57,141 bases of DNA. Source: Coniocarpon cinnabarinum (Eukaryota). The stretch spans positions 1-57,141 of the forward strand of contig JAVECO010000155.1 in NCBI GenBank assembly GCA_051942205.1, given 5' to 3'. This document shows, piece by piece, positions 11,200 through 22,910 of the stretch (the first letter of the stretch is position 1; the number at the start of each line of letters is the position of its first letter). The notes beneath the pieces are model-generated. The model was not told the origin of the DNA, did not search any database, and saw only the letters and a program-made list of their open reading frames with translations. The translations under genes were made by a program, and so were the position numbers.

Positions 11200-12470
11200 G
11201 TGCAGGGCGACGCAGAAAAGGTTATTCAAAGGGATCCATTTGCCGGCAGCTGGTTGGACTGGAGCGCTAGTGGCCCTGTTTGTTAGCTTCTTGGCATAGC
11301 CCTCTCTCCCGTCGTCTCTCGACTCGCGATTTTTACTAGGTACCACGCTACCTGGTTCTAAGCGCAGATCACGTGCGATAGACGTCAGGCAATGCTCATC
11401 AATGTGTGACAGTAATATAGGTAGTAGCTCATGCATCTCGTATGAGATTTCAAACATCTCAAATCAAGAGCTTAATGCAATAATGAACATTAAGTTCTGG
11501 TTTATGTTATGCTATTGTTGCTCAAGCAAGTCAAATGCTTTGTATTAGGTTGCTTGTTTTTGGCCTTTATACCTAGGTAGGTCAGCTGGGCGTAGATGCC
11601 TCAAGGTTCCATTTGGGCTCGTGACCCGCCCTGCCAGGAGCAGTAGCGCATTTCTGCGTTTCCGCCCCCTCTCAAACGCCAAACCGAGAATATAGGTACC
11701 TATCTCGCACGCAACCTCCATCGATGACGCGGCGCTTGCGAACACAGCACCCTCGCCGCTGCCCATCCTTGTCATTGCTGGCGTGTACACACTTTCATGC
11801 CAGCGCCAAGAGTTGATAGGGGTCACGTCAAACGTCGCTCGTGTCAGGTCCCAAGCCAGTGACTATGCGACGAAAGAGCCGACTCCCTTCTCGCGCTCCA
11901 CGGACCATGCCTCCCGCAAATACATGGCCGTCTGTGCCTTTCGCAGACGTCACGACAAAAAATGACCATTCTTTTGCGACGCACCTTGCCTTTGCACCTT
12001 CGAAAGTGGCGTATAGGCCAGGAGCTGACTTCACAGAGTGTTTGGGGAGGTCTGTCAAGAAACGGTCTTGCAGAGGACCATCCCCCACGAGACGTCCGAC
12101 GTATGCGCCGATCGACGCATAGGTTCAATCTGACATCCAAGAAAATGCGTGTTGATATCGTAACGTGCTGTTCAAGCCGATCTGGGCCACCGCCAACAAC
12201 AGTTGCATCCCTGGAGTTCAGTACCAAGCCAAGACGACTTTGAAGAGATCTGAACGCTGCTAGATATTTTCGTTCGCACAGCGGACTGGGCGGACAAAAG
12301 CTCAAGAGAAAGCCTAACAGCGAAGTAACGAGTCGTTGCCGTCGTCTTTGGAGCTATCCAAGATTGAGAGGATACAACTGCACAGACCAGATATTCGTCG
12401 GGTTTATTAAGCAGTACATGAGCCGGGGCTAAGGAAATTCCACATCTATATCCGCGGAGACCGTTTCCAG

Positions 12471-13223
12471 TTAAGTGTCACCAGATGACGCAGTTTTTGC
12501 CAGCTCCTCTCGTCGAAGGCTTAGAAACTTCTCCTTCTGGGAATCGAGAATATACCCTTTGGACGTGGCTTGAGCTTTCCAAAACCGTTTTTGATACTGG
12601 TGAGGGAGTTTCCAGCTTAACATCAAAGGTCGCGCGGTGATCAGCGTGAGCATGTAAGCCATCCATACGTCTAGCTTGAAGTTGTACGGAGTACTGGACT
12701 CAGCATCTAGATACGTGTCGATGATAGAGCTTGCTAGTACGGACAAAGGCGGAGTATCTCCCCGTTGTGCTGCGAGAGTGTTCTCAGTAACATGCCACCG
12801 ATGTGCGGGAGATAGGATTACGAGAGGTGCAAACGGCGTGTCCTTCGGAATTGTCAAATTTGTTGAGCCATTAAGGAACTCCGGTTCGAAGTGGTAGTTT
12901 CCAAGTCGATCAGGAGGAGCGCGGTGATAGCCATTTTGAATGAGGATACTTGCGGCTTGTTCGGGGCTGGATACAAGAATGTAAATGTCGAAGACACCAG
13001 TATCCACACCATGATATAGCAGCGCGTACTCACCCCAGAGACAGCAATCAATACCGTTAGAGCGCAATTGGGCTATCGCGGCTGTAGCAAGGGAGGTGTG
13101 CCGCTGCAAAGGTGCTAAAATCGCCGAGCAAAAGAGTGATATAGGTCGATTCCAGGCCTTATGAGCTTCGCAGAAGAGATCGTATTTGACGAGCAGACGA
13201 TCAGATAGGGAGTTGATACACAT
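12471..13223 (-). CDS. Hypothetical protein with degenerate nucleotidyltransferase-like N-terminal motif
   Basis: Long ORF. LRSNGIDCCLWGEYALLYHGVDTGVFDIYILVSSPEQAASIL follows the helix/hhGG-A/G..T.DhDhhh layout of NTase folds, with DIY in place of DxD. The start codon and any 5' intron are uncertain. Confidence 0.65.
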   Translation of the reverse strand: MCINSLSDRLLVKYDLFCEAHKAWNRPISLFCSAILAPLQRHTSLATAAIAQLRSNGIDCCLWGEYALLYHGVDTGVFDIYILVSSPEQAASILIQNGYHRAPPDRLGNYHFEPEFLNGSTNLTIPKDTPFAPLVILSPAHRWHVTENTLAAQRGDTPPLSVLASSIIDTYLDAESSTPYNFKLDVWMAYMLTLITARPLMLSWKLPHQYQKRFWKAQATSKGYILDSQKEKFLSLRREELAKTASSGDT

Positions 13224-13945
13224 CACAGACTTCCACCGAATCGAAAAGGTTCCTAAACGTAATGAGAGTTGAGGATCAAATAGCAGCTGTCCGCTGGTCA
13301 AGTACTCGAGGCGGACGTATGTCAACTTCTCCCTGAGCAAATATGAGATGAAAGTAAGCGGCTTAGGCGGCGAGCGAAGCGTTGTGTGGGTGAGCAGTGG
13401 ACAAAGATGCCTATATTCGCAATCATGTATGTATGATCTTCCGCCAAGGCGTTAGCCCCTGCGGCGTAGCTAGGCCCCTTTTACAATCTGTAACCATTCC
13501 ATGAACCTGAGCCCATCTGTAGACCGCGATCTGGCGTTCCCACATCACTGTAGCCTTGTAAAACATGAAAAAAAAAAAAAATTGATTGTGAGGCACGCCA
13601 TTCAGCCTTGTGTCTTTTGCCTGCAAGATGGCACCGTGACGTGTCTCTACACCCACCAGCTAAACCGTTCCCTAGTTGGACATTGCACAGAGTCATTAGA
13701 ACTCCTAGCAAACACATGTGACATTATGTGGCGCGGCGCGCGTTGCGGCGCTGAGCCGTGGTATAATTTGGTGATGCCTTGTCTGAACACTCGTATCATC
13801 TGCTCGTGTACATCTGTCCTCGCGACTGGCCTGCTATATATCACGTCGAACTCGGGCCACTGTAGCCATGGATAATCAATACTTGCTTACTATATCGTTC
13901 CACCAAGCGACGTGTGAGAAAATAGCTTGATTGTTCCGAACACAA

Positions 13946-14917
13946 ATGGCAGGTTCCTGGAGAAATGCCCTTCGCAAAACAGTTCCTCATCAGCTAGAAC
14001 ATAGTGAACCCAGCCAACAGACTGTTAGAGAAGCAATTGAAGCAATTGGTAGGTCTGTTACCCGCAAGAAAGCGTACTGTAGCCTCAGAGCCGGAGGTAC
14101 AGCTGCGTTGTGGTTTGCGGGTGTTCGAAAGCAACTGATCTGGTACTTCTGCAAGGCTCAAAATCAACGATACTACTTTTGAGGGTGCAGGTACGCCCGA
14201 AGCCATGCATTGTAAAGACAAAAGTTTTCTTAGCTATGGTTGCTCTTACTCGTTAGCGATAAATTGCGAGAGACTGTTGCTGCTACGTCTTCATGATCTC
14301 TTGAACTGACTTGGACATATAGGATCCGGCCTCAATTCTACTTTCAAATGGGCTGTTGTCGGAGGCGGATGTTGCATTGCATTGGGGTCTACTCGTCGTA
14401 CTCTGGTGAGTGGTTTGTTTTAGACCATTGAACCGGCGTCCCTCAAGAATGCGCTGACGGAGGCTGTGCTTGTCAGGATGTTGACATTGTCGTCTCCCCT
14501 CCAAACATGACGACTCATGTCAAGAGCACCTTGGCCGCGTGTCCAGGCTTCAATCTTGCTACAGTAACCCGGCATCTGCATTTCACTGGGACTGACTTAA
14601 GCAGGGTTCAAATCGACTGCCTCTCGTGCCCGGGTACCTTCAAAGGTCGCTTTGAGCAAGACACTCCGGTAATCATGAGCCCAAGGATGGCCAATGTGCG
14701 ATGCCTTAACTTGGCTTCGTTGTTAGAGAGTAAACTGAGAGCCTATGAGGAACGAACAGGCTCAAAACGAAACTCAGACCGAGCCGACATTTCTTATATC
14801 CTTGAATATGCTGCCGAACAGCACACAACGTTCAGGGCGGACGAGGTGCCTTCCGCTGATCGAGTCAAGCCGACGGTTGGGATAGCCCAAGCATATTGGG
14901 CGGATGTAGCTCTGTGA
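13946..14917 (+). CDS. Nucleotidyltransferase-fold protein (AbiEii/DUF2204-like motif); join(13946..14048,14323..14405,14477..14917)
   Basis: Two introns (GTAGGT 14049..TAG 14322; GTGAGT 14406..CAG 14476, both with CTGAC branch sites) join in frame. They give WAVVGGGCCIALGSTRRTL|DVDIVV, followed by VQIDCL and LLESKLRAYEER...KRNSDRADISYIL. Confidence 0.8.
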
Positions 14918-16406
14918 TTAGTGTATCCTTTTAGCCTACAGCATACTTGCATGGTGTGCTGAAAGCTTTGAAAGCGTGGATTTAGTAACGCACTTTTTCC
15001 TCTCCCGCAGATATTGCTGTCCTCATTTCTCATTTCTCATAAAAGAAGGAAAATTCCCGAGTAACCAGAAGATCGTGCTTTTTTCGCGCCTACCTTCAAT
15101 ACAGTGTTCATCAGAATAGCATATAACCCCGATCTACGATTTACCAAGCGACGTTTGTTTGAGTGTGCAGCGGAATCTCGGGCGCACTTGTCTTTGCAAA
15201 CAAGATGCTCGGCGGTGCGCATAATGCCCACATGCTAGATGATGCGCGCTGGAAACCATGAGCCGGTGCGAGGTTAATAAAAACCGCAGCTTGTTTACGC
15301 GCCAAAGACTAGCGGCTGCTAGAATCTGCTGCCGCCCCATCTGTGCCACATTGTCTGTCTCTTAAAAGTCTTAATTCATTTCGAAATAGAGGCTGGCAAA
15401 ACGATCAATTTCGTCATGTGTCACGATAATATTCCATATAAATCCATGGGGGTGTAATAATGATATATTGTTTTTCTAGACGGTACTAGAGAACTTGTCT
15501 ATGTTAGCAAGCATAGGTATGGACTGAGTTGCTTACTGGATGTTTCTTAGCACATCCGGCCGCAGCCAATGAGGCAGCCTGCCAATCCCGGCAAAACGGC
15601 TTCACGTTACCTGTGACGTCGTCCTCTCCAGACTCCACGCATGAGCTAACCCAGTTGGTGGTCCGCGCGCTCAGGGTTCTCTCTGGCTCAGCCCTAGCCG
15701 CCCACGCTTGCGCATCTCGTTATCTTGGATTGCGACCCGACGCTCTACCTATGCATCACGCGCACTCTTGCGTTCCAGCAGTACATGCTTTTTCCTGCTT
15801 CTGATGGGCCATGCTAGCTTCTGCTGCGCCCGCACCCGTCACAATCCTGATACCCCGCCCACGTGGTGCGTCGACTGCTCTTGAATGCGTCGCCTCGGAA
15901 CTGTGTACCTGAAACAATGACAATATGCCAGGGCGGGTGTTGCTTCGCGATGCCGAGTCACGCGTCGATTGCGCAACCGAGCACCCATCATCTTGCAACC
16001 AGTCAAACATGGAGGATTCTCAGTGTCCTTGAGGGAGCATGCGTTCACGGCTCGGATGTGCTGTATGCATTCATTACCAGTCAAAGTTGCCATCATTTCA
16101 TGCACTTGGCTTTGCAGGATATGTACTCGGCTTGTTGATGTAGTTTGACATTAAATGTGCAGTAATTGAACAGCCTCTGCAAAGGATCACGCATGCAGAA
16201 ATGTTTGCTCGAATTAATTGAGCATGTTCACGATTGGAAACATCTCCATGAGTCAAACAGTCAAGATGAAGATGCCAGTCGAGAGCAAAAAGAGGAAAAG
16301 ACTTTCAAGACACCTGTGGATTCTTTCGATCACGTAACAAGATTTGCTACGCATGTTTCAAGTAACGCAATAACCCTTGCCACCCATCACACCCACAGCT
16401 TCTGCC

Positions 16407-17168
16407 TCATTTGTCGCCGTGACTGTCCCTGCCCTCAGCAAAGACCTTATCAAAGTCGTACTCGAACCACCTAATGTCCGGCGCGAGGCCTGCGAATTTC
16501 CATGTCCCGTCGACTTTCTTGTACCAATGCTTGTTGGTTGAGTGAGCATGTCCCTTGACCTTAACCTCTTTGAGATCCGCACTTGCGTACTTCTGGTGGG
16601 GCACCCGCAGCTGGTGGTAGCCAATGATTTCAGTGTCGGATACGCGTTCCCAGCGTGTTCCGCCAATAAAGTGCTGCGTTCGCAGCGTGGGGTCGCCGAG
16701 CACAGAAGGCGAAGAAGCCATGGCGAGGTACTCCGTCGCCGGCATGGCGTCCCACCGCTTGTCAAGGAAGGAACGGTAGTCGACAACCAACGTGGGGGCG
16801 ATGCATCGTAAGAGCCGGTCCCAGTCCTGTGCGTTTGAGTGTTAGGTCTCTTCTTAAGAATTGGAGACTTATGAGAGTGTCTGCATTACCTTGGAATCAT
16901 AGCTGTCGGCCCACTCAAAGCACGCGGCCATGCAGCCTAACATTTCTGTGCCGCAAACGTTAGCGTGGGTCGATGGATGATGTGGAGACTAGGGTCACAG
17001 CGACAGCTAGGCACACTATCACGCCTTCGGAAAAAATTTCCATTGATGAGCGTCTGATGTTCATTGCAAAATTTGCGTACCTTCATGAGCTGGCACTTCA
17101 GTCACCAGAGGTGGCGCTGGGAATGCTGAGCTTGATTTGGATTTTTGTTCTGCCATATCTTCCACCAT
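16407..17168 (-). CDS. SCD1: Scytalone dehydratase (DHN-melanin pathway); complement(join(16407..16826,16890..16945,17081..17168))
   Basis: FEWADSYDSKDWDRL, VDYRSFLDK, LRTQHFIG, HQLRVPHQKY, GHAHSTNKHWYKKVDGTWKFAGLAP. Two in-frame introns. Confidence 0.97.
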
Positions 17169-17912
17169 GTTTGCTGCTGCTTGACGCTGTCACAGAACAG
17201 GGAAACATTTTCGACGCTTGAGCAGAGAGCATGCTTTTTAAGATCGAGAGGCCCAGACAAAGGGAACCCGACCACCAAGACAAACAGCAACCACATCGGT
17301 ACAGGAAGGGGATCCGAGCCTTAACGGCTGTCAGTGTCGAACGGTACTCTCTCACATCAGGCACCGATGAATCGGCACGGAGCTCGAGTGTCCGATGTGA
17401 CAAATTTCGTAAGGTATATCCTGATGCATACCTGTTGAGATCAAATTCGTTGTGCATTTCATGCAACGATTGTACAGTAGTTCTTTACTGCAAACGGAGT
17501 CGGTAGGACTGCGTCCAAACGCTAATTCAGGAGCGTCACGTGATGTATATACATCTGCAACGCTTCCTCTCCCAACAAAGTCTAGGTATGAAACAATTGT
17601 CATGCCGTATGTAGTCAAACTATGGCAGTGGCTAAGACGCAAAAGCGGACACGCATTCGAAAATTCAGAAAAGTGCATGATGCTTGGTTCGTTGGAAGGA
17701 TGTACATAGCAGACCCAGCAAGGTCACTGGCAGTTGTCGACACAGTCACGGATCGACGGTTGGGAACCTATATTTGGACTGTGACAGAGGTCTGCCCGAG
17801 CGCGTGGCTTCGCGCAAGCCTGCGCTTAGAGTCACCTCCGAAGAGCGCGAAATTAGGCTCGTCATATCGGAGGGGAAGTCGAGAGCCAAGAGGGTTCATG
17901 ACTAAGAATGGT

Positions 17913-20900
17913 CTATACGTCTTCGACAGCGGAGAGAGGCATGTAAGCCGTCTCATCTCGAGTTCGACGCCAGCGACGCGAACAGCTGCGTCGCACCCAA
18001 GCTGCCACTCTGTGCAACCTGCTGGGAGGCTTCTGGTGAATATGGTGGAGATATCCAACGTCCATCCATCGAGGTCTCTTCCAAAACTTAAGTAATAGAC
18101 TGCTGCATACGACACTGACGCTACTCGCTGCCATAGCAGCTCCAGCAGCCATGGGTGGAAGCTGGAGACCCCACGGAAGAAAGAAACCCATGGCGAAGGG
18201 AAGCCCTATCAAGTTGTATCCACAAGCCCAGAGCAAGTTCAACTTGATGCGTCCAAAAATCGTGCGCGCCAGATGTAAAGCCGCAGCCACGTCAATTAAA
18301 TCATCAGCACCGGCATGCATAAGCACGACGTCTGCCGCCTCCATTGCCACATCCGTCCCAGAGGCAAGTGAAACCCCCACGTCTGCTGTAGCAAGCGCGG
18401 GACTGTCGTTGATTCCGTCGCCGACCATGGCAACTATTTGACCAGAGGCTTGCATTGTTCGTATCAACTCCTGCTTTTCGTGGGGTGTGCGCGATGCAAA
18501 GACATTTTCTCGGGGAATTCCGCAGTGATCTGCAACGTGAAAGGCGGTGGTTTGTGTGTCGCCTGTAACGATTGACGATGGGATTCTAAGCAGCGCTAAA
18601 GCTTTCACTGTTGCGGCAGCAGAAGGTTTCAGTGTGTCAGCTAAGCATATCGTTCCAGCGTATGTGCCATTGATAGCCACCTGAACATTCGTTGTCTCAA
18701 CAGCGTCCTCAAGCAGTGACGACGTGGATGATCCGGCCGTTGCTGTTGAGCTGTCCATGGTCATTTCGACGCCCTGGGAGCGTAGCAAGTCTGCAGTCCC
18801 GACCACAACTCGTTGACCTTTTCTTTGAGAACCGCTTGTTACCAAGGCGGAAACCCCTTTGCCGACGGTGACTTCGAAGTTGTCTACAGAGCCTTCAAAG
18901 CTACCTTCTGTGCTAACGTCGAGCACTTTACGGGCGTGATAAACGATAGCTTTGCCTATCGGGTGCTCACTACTCAATTCCGTTAAGCCCACTAAGGTCC
19001 AGAACAGTCGGTCCCACACCAACGGAACCTCCGAAGTTGGCGTCTTGAGCTCAGCCCTTGCGACACTCATACGTCCTGTTGTCAAGGTACCGGTCTTGTC
19101 GAAGACAACATGTGACACCTTCGTCGCCGTCTCGAGGGCAGCGCCACCTTTCACTAGAATCCCTTGCTCTGCGCCTGTGCCTGTGCCTACCATGACTGCA
19201 GTGGGAGTACTAAGACCCAACGCGCATGGGCACGCAAACACGATGACAGAGATGCAGAGCTTGAGGCAAACCATAAAAGAGCCGCCGCTCTTTACATCCA
19301 TGAACACACTTGGAGGATGCGGAAGAATGTGGCTCAGAACCATCCAGAGGAGAAATGTGAACAAGCCCAGTCCAATGATGACGGGCACAAAATAGCCAGC
19401 GACCATGTCGGCGATTCGCTGAATAGGTGCTCGGCTCGTTTGCGCTTCTTGTACAAGACGTACAATTTGACTCAGTGCTGTGTCGCGTCCTGCGCGAGTA
19501 ACCCGAAAATCAAGTCTTCCAGCACCATTGACGGTACCTGCGACAAGAAGAGACGCCCGCTGCTTCAGTATTGGCATTGCCTCGCCTGTCACCATACTCT
19601 CATCGACGTAGCTTCGACCACGGACGACCGTTCCATCTGCGGGTATTTTGTCTCCAGGCCTGACGATTACTATGTCTCCTACTTGGATAAGTTCAGTAGG
19701 GATGACTTGCTCCTCGTTGGCGTAAGCCCGCGGTTCGACTGCGTGGACCATCTTCTCGTCCTCGTCGTCCACGTCGTTCTCTTCTGCAAACTTCTCGGCG
19801 GCTATAGAATCTGCGTAAATGGTGGCCATCGAAGGTGCTAATGACATAAGTCTTGACAAAGCCTTCGAGGTCTGACTCTTTGCACCATTCTCGAGGAGCC
19901 TACCTAGTGTGATGAATGTGATCAACATCGTACTGGTGTCGAAAACAGTCGCAGGCCTGGTATGAGGTGGAGTCAAGACGGAGACCATCATCGCTGCGCA
20001 GCTGAAGAAAAATGCCGCCGAAGTCCCCAATACTACCAAGACATCCATCGTTGGAGAGCCGTGTCTGAGTGATTTGAAAGCCGATCTGTAAAAACGCCGC
20101 CCAATGCCAAATTGTACGGGTATCGTCAAGAATAAGCAGATAACATCTCCAAGCCATAACCCTGGTACTAAGATCTCAACACTACCAAAATCCAACGGGG
20201 TGACAAACATTGGGAAGAACATGCTAATGCAGAAAACAGGCACCGCGAATGAAAGTGATGTTCGAAACGCGCGGCGCCACTCTTGGATTTCTCTAGTCTT
20301 TGCGAGCGACTCAAGCTGAGCGTTGTTGTCGTCAGCATCAGCCATGAGAGCATTATAACCAGCCGCCTCAACTGAGTATACAACATCTCGTATACCTGTA
20401 CTGCTTGCATCGAGCATGATCGATGCGCGAGCAGTCTTAGGATGAATCGAAATTTGCTGAACGCCAGGAAGGTCAAGCAACCGTGACTCTAACTCGCTCA
20501 CTGCATGTTCGTCCTGCAAGCCATATATTTTGAGATTAATGCAAGTCGTCGAGCCACCGACCACGTCCAATGGAATCGAAGACAGCACTTTGGCCTCAAA
20601 TCCAATCTCGTCGACAGCGCTTGCAATCTGGTCGGGTGTCAAGCGAAGGCTGTCATGAGTAAAGACCGCTCGTTCCGCCAGGAGACTGATATTCAATTGA
20701 CGAACACCTTCGACCGCCTTGAACGCACCTTCAACGGCGGATGTGCATGCACCGCATGTCATTCCGGCTATCGCTACAGTCGTGGTCAAGATGTTTGACG
20801 GAGGCTCATGCAGCTTCCGTGTTGATCTCCCCCTGCTGAACGTGTCATGCCTCTTCGACTGCACCAGTGTCGCCTCAAATCCAATGTCTTCGATTTTTTC

Positions 20901-21398
20901 AACGATTGCGTCGGCCGATAGTGTCGAAAAATTGTGCTCGAGGACAGCTCGTTCGGCGATGTGTGAGATATTGAATGACAGGAGCCCTGGTGTGTCTTGA
21001 AAAGCGCCCTCGACGGCAGATGTGCATGCGCCGCACGTCATGCCTTGTATTGCAACGGTTGTCGTTGCAATCTGCAAATCCTGGGCTGCAGAGTCGCTCG
21101 CATGCTGCTCGTCCAATCGCTGTGCAGTCAATAAGGGGATGTCCGTAGTGAGGACCTCCGCTTCGAAACCAATGTCGTCGATCTCATCTTTAATCTGCTC
21201 GGCAGAGATTTGACCCGGGTCGTGTTGAACGACAGCGCGCTCCATAGTGAGGCTGACAGAGATGTTGCCGACGCCGTCTTTGTGAACCAAGGCGCCTTCG
21301 ACCGCGGATGTACAGGCACCGCAGGTCATGCCCCCAATCTTGAGCGTTGTCGTGGCCATATGCGCTGTGTCTGGCATCCCCGCCATCTCGAATGTCAT
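17913..21398 (-). CDS. CCC2: Copper-transporting P1B-type ATPase
   Basis: Three GMTCGAC HMA domains plus a degenerate fourth; TGE, CPC, DKTGT, SEHP and GDGIND motifs; YN and MxxSS copper ligands. Exact start uncertain. Confidence 0.96.
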   Translation of the reverse strand: MTFEMAGMPDTAHMATTTLKIGGMTCGACTSAVEGALVHKDGVGNISVSLTMERAVVQHDPGQISAEQIKDEIDDIGFEAEVLTTDIPLLTAQRLDEQHASDSAAQDLQIATTTVAIQGMTCGACTSAVEGAFQDTPGLLSFNISHIAERAVLEHNFSTLSADAIVEKIEDIGFEATLVQSKRHDTFSRGRSTRKLHEPPSNILTTTVAIAGMTCGACTSAVEGAFKAVEGVRQLNISLLAERAVFTHDSLRLTPDQIASAVDEIGFEAKVLSSIPLDVVGGSTTCINLKIYGLQDEHAVSELESRLLDLPGVQQISIHPKTARASIMLDASSTGIRDVVYSVEAAGYNALMADADDNNAQLESLAKTREIQEWRRAFRTSLSFAVPVFCISMFFPMFVTPLDFGSVEILVPGLWLGDVICLFLTIPVQFGIGRRFYRSAFKSLRHGSPTMDVLVVLGTSAAFFFSCAAMMVSVLTPPHTRPATVFDTSTMLITFITLGRLLENGAKSQTSKALSRLMSLAPSMATIYADSIAAEKFAEENDVDDEDEKMVHAVEPRAYANEEQVIPTELIQVGDIVIVRPGDKIPADGTVVRGRSYVDESMVTGEAMPILKQRASLLVAGTVNGAGRLDFRVTRAGRDTALSQIVRLVQEAQTSRAPIQRIADMVAGYFVPVIIGLGLFTFLLWMVLSHILPHPPSVFMDVKSGGSFMVCLKLCISVIVFACPCALGLSTPTAVMVGTGTGAEQGILVKGGAALETATKVSHVVFDKTGTLTTGRMSVARAELKTPTSEVPLVWDRLFWTLVGLTELSSEHPIGKAIVYHARKVLDVSTEGSFEGSVDNFEVTVGKGVSALVTSGSQRKGQRVVVGTADLLRSQGVEMTMDSSTATAGSSTSSLLEDAVETTNVQVAINGTYAGTICLADTLKPSAAATVKALALLRIPSSIVTGDTQTTAFHVADHCGIPRENVFASRTPHEKQELIRTMQASGQIVAMVGDGINDSPALATADVGVSLASGTDVAMEAADVVLMHAGADDLIDVAAALHLARTIFGRIKLNLLWACGYNLIGLPFAMGFFLPWGLQLPPMAAGAAMAASSVSVVCSSLLLKFWKRPRWMDVGYLHHIHQKPPSRLHRVAAWVRRSCSRRWRRTRDETAYMPLSAVEDV

Positions 21399-21998
21399 AA
21401 CATGGGCGTCAGTAGAGTGGTGTGAAGGTCGACCGGTGCAGAAGAAAGACCTGCAGAGGGCATGAGCGGCCGTGAGCGACTTGAGCCTGGTATCATGCGG
21501 CGATTGCCTGCAGAATCACCTCATCTTCCATTACAAAGAGGTGTGAGAGAGGCCCGTGCACACATAGCGCTCCCGGACGCTCGGCTTTCCGCAGGGCCGG
21601 AGTGCCGGAGTATTGGGCGGGACACCCGAAAGCTCGGCTTGGTCCGAGTATGTTGGTGGCGCGTACTCTGTAAGAAACGTTGTGACATTGTACAGTTACC
21701 TCGAGTAGGTGTGTCACTCTTCAAACACTCTTCGAATTCCAAGAACGTCGTGTGATATTTACGCTGTACAAAGCCATTTGCGCCTTGGTTTCAGGCGCTA
21801 TGCCTGGGCGTGGGAGTCGACGACCAGACGCATCCCGGTATCCAGGCCACATTGTCTCATGTATGAGTCCTGCTCACGCCGGCCAATCTTGCGGTGCAGG
21901 CTTTCGAGGGACAGGGATTGCCCGTCTACATAGCACAGGCACGCACAGAGGATCAGCTTAATCAAGATCCCTATCCAACCAGCTCAGTCGAAGGTGCT

Positions 21999-22910
21999 TC
22001 ATGGGGACACAAATCCAATCAATAGTTCATCACCCTCTATTGCCTCCTGCAGGCTTTGTTTGCCCGTCTCCTCTTCTCGGCCGTCTGTAAACAGCGTCAA
22101 TCTTGCCACCAGGCCTCGTCTCTTGAGCGCGCCCTCCACGTATGAACCTTTGGGAGGCATCAGCGACAGTGCGCACGGTACTTTTGAATCCACTTTGTGA
22201 GGCGTTTCCAAGTCCCAAGTGTTATTATCTGGCCGATCCTTGTTCACTTGAGGAATCATGGCGTTGAGTAGATTTTCCAGGTCTTGGTACTGCGTTGTTT
22301 CCCTGAACAGGATCAGACCAGCAACACCTTTCGCGCCACATGGATGCTCTGTCAACGCTGAATCAGTGGGCACCCGTTTTTCTCTAGGAGTAACGTCAAA
22401 ACACCAGAACGGGGCGCGGCCCCTTGCTGACTTATCAGGAAACGCGACTCTCCATTCTATCTTGACTCCGTCAGGCCTCGTTCGACTGCCATATTGCAAA
22501 GGTCCTGGCTTCCAGCCCTGAGGGAGATCAAGCAATTCCCATCGGGTGCGTAGGTGTTCGTAAGCCTCGGCGCCAGCTTCCAGAGTAAGGGCGTAGTCAA
22601 TAATCCCGTATCCCTTGCCTCCCCAAAAGTGACCCTGCTCGGCCTGCGCAGACGTGAACGCTACAAGTTCCAAATATGTTCCATCAGCAAAGACGATGAG
22701 TCTGTTCTCAGTCTTTCCGTCACCGTGACGACCACCGGGGGCGATGGTGAATGCAGCTTTGAGCCACGGGGGTGGGTTTTGGATGAAGGAGGATGGGACA
22801 CGGATGATGATATGATCAAGTTGCGGGTGAGCGTATCCTATGCAGGGGTGACGTGGCCTCATTGTATTGTTATCCCGAATGTAACAGCAGTAGGTTGCAC
22901 AATAGTCCAC
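21999..22910 (-). CDS. Glyoxalase-like (VOC, Glyoxalase_3) protein
   Basis: LDHIII...PGGRHGDGKTENRLIVFADGTYLELVAF and GSRTRPDG..IEW motifs. True start probably downstream of 22910. Confidence 0.85.
   Translation of the reverse strand: MDYCATYCCYIRDNNTMRPRHPCIGYAHPQLDHIIIRVPSSFIQNPPPWLKAAFTIAPGGRHGDGKTENRLIVFADGTYLELVAFTSAQAEQGHFWGGKGYGIIDYALTLEAGAEAYEHLRTRWELLDLPQGWKPGPLQYGSRTRPDGVKIEWRVAFPDKSARGRAPFWCFDVTPREKRVPTDSALTEHPCGAKGVAGLILFRETTQYQDLENLLNAMIPQVNKDRPDNNTWDLETPHKVDSKVPCALSLMPPKGSYVEGALKRRGLVARLTLFTDGREEETGKQSLQEAIEGDELLIGFVSP

Noticed and set aside
10400..11460. Several 200-aa ORFs upstream of the SCOC-like gene
   Set aside because: Non-ATG starts and pyrimidine-rich minus-strand composition; most likely a long 5' UTR/promoter.
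11545..12305. Cys/Arg-rich small ORFs downstream of the degenerate NTase gene
   Set aside because: I could not build a consistent spliced model or recognise a domain.
13568..13581. A14 tract as a possible retroposon tail
   Set aside because: No target duplication or element body; more simply a promoter poly(dA:dT) tract between divergent genes.
14083..14140. GGTAALWFAGVRKQ in the ORF 13931..14182, resembling the AbiEii GGTA motif
   Set aside because: It lies in the modelled intron 1, and no donor joins it in frame to the DVD exon. The 14323..14405 exon fits far better.
20470..20545. Fourth HMA domain of CCC2 lacking CxxC
   Set aside because: A degenerate membrane-proximal HMA is common in fungal Ccc2 proteins; not novel.
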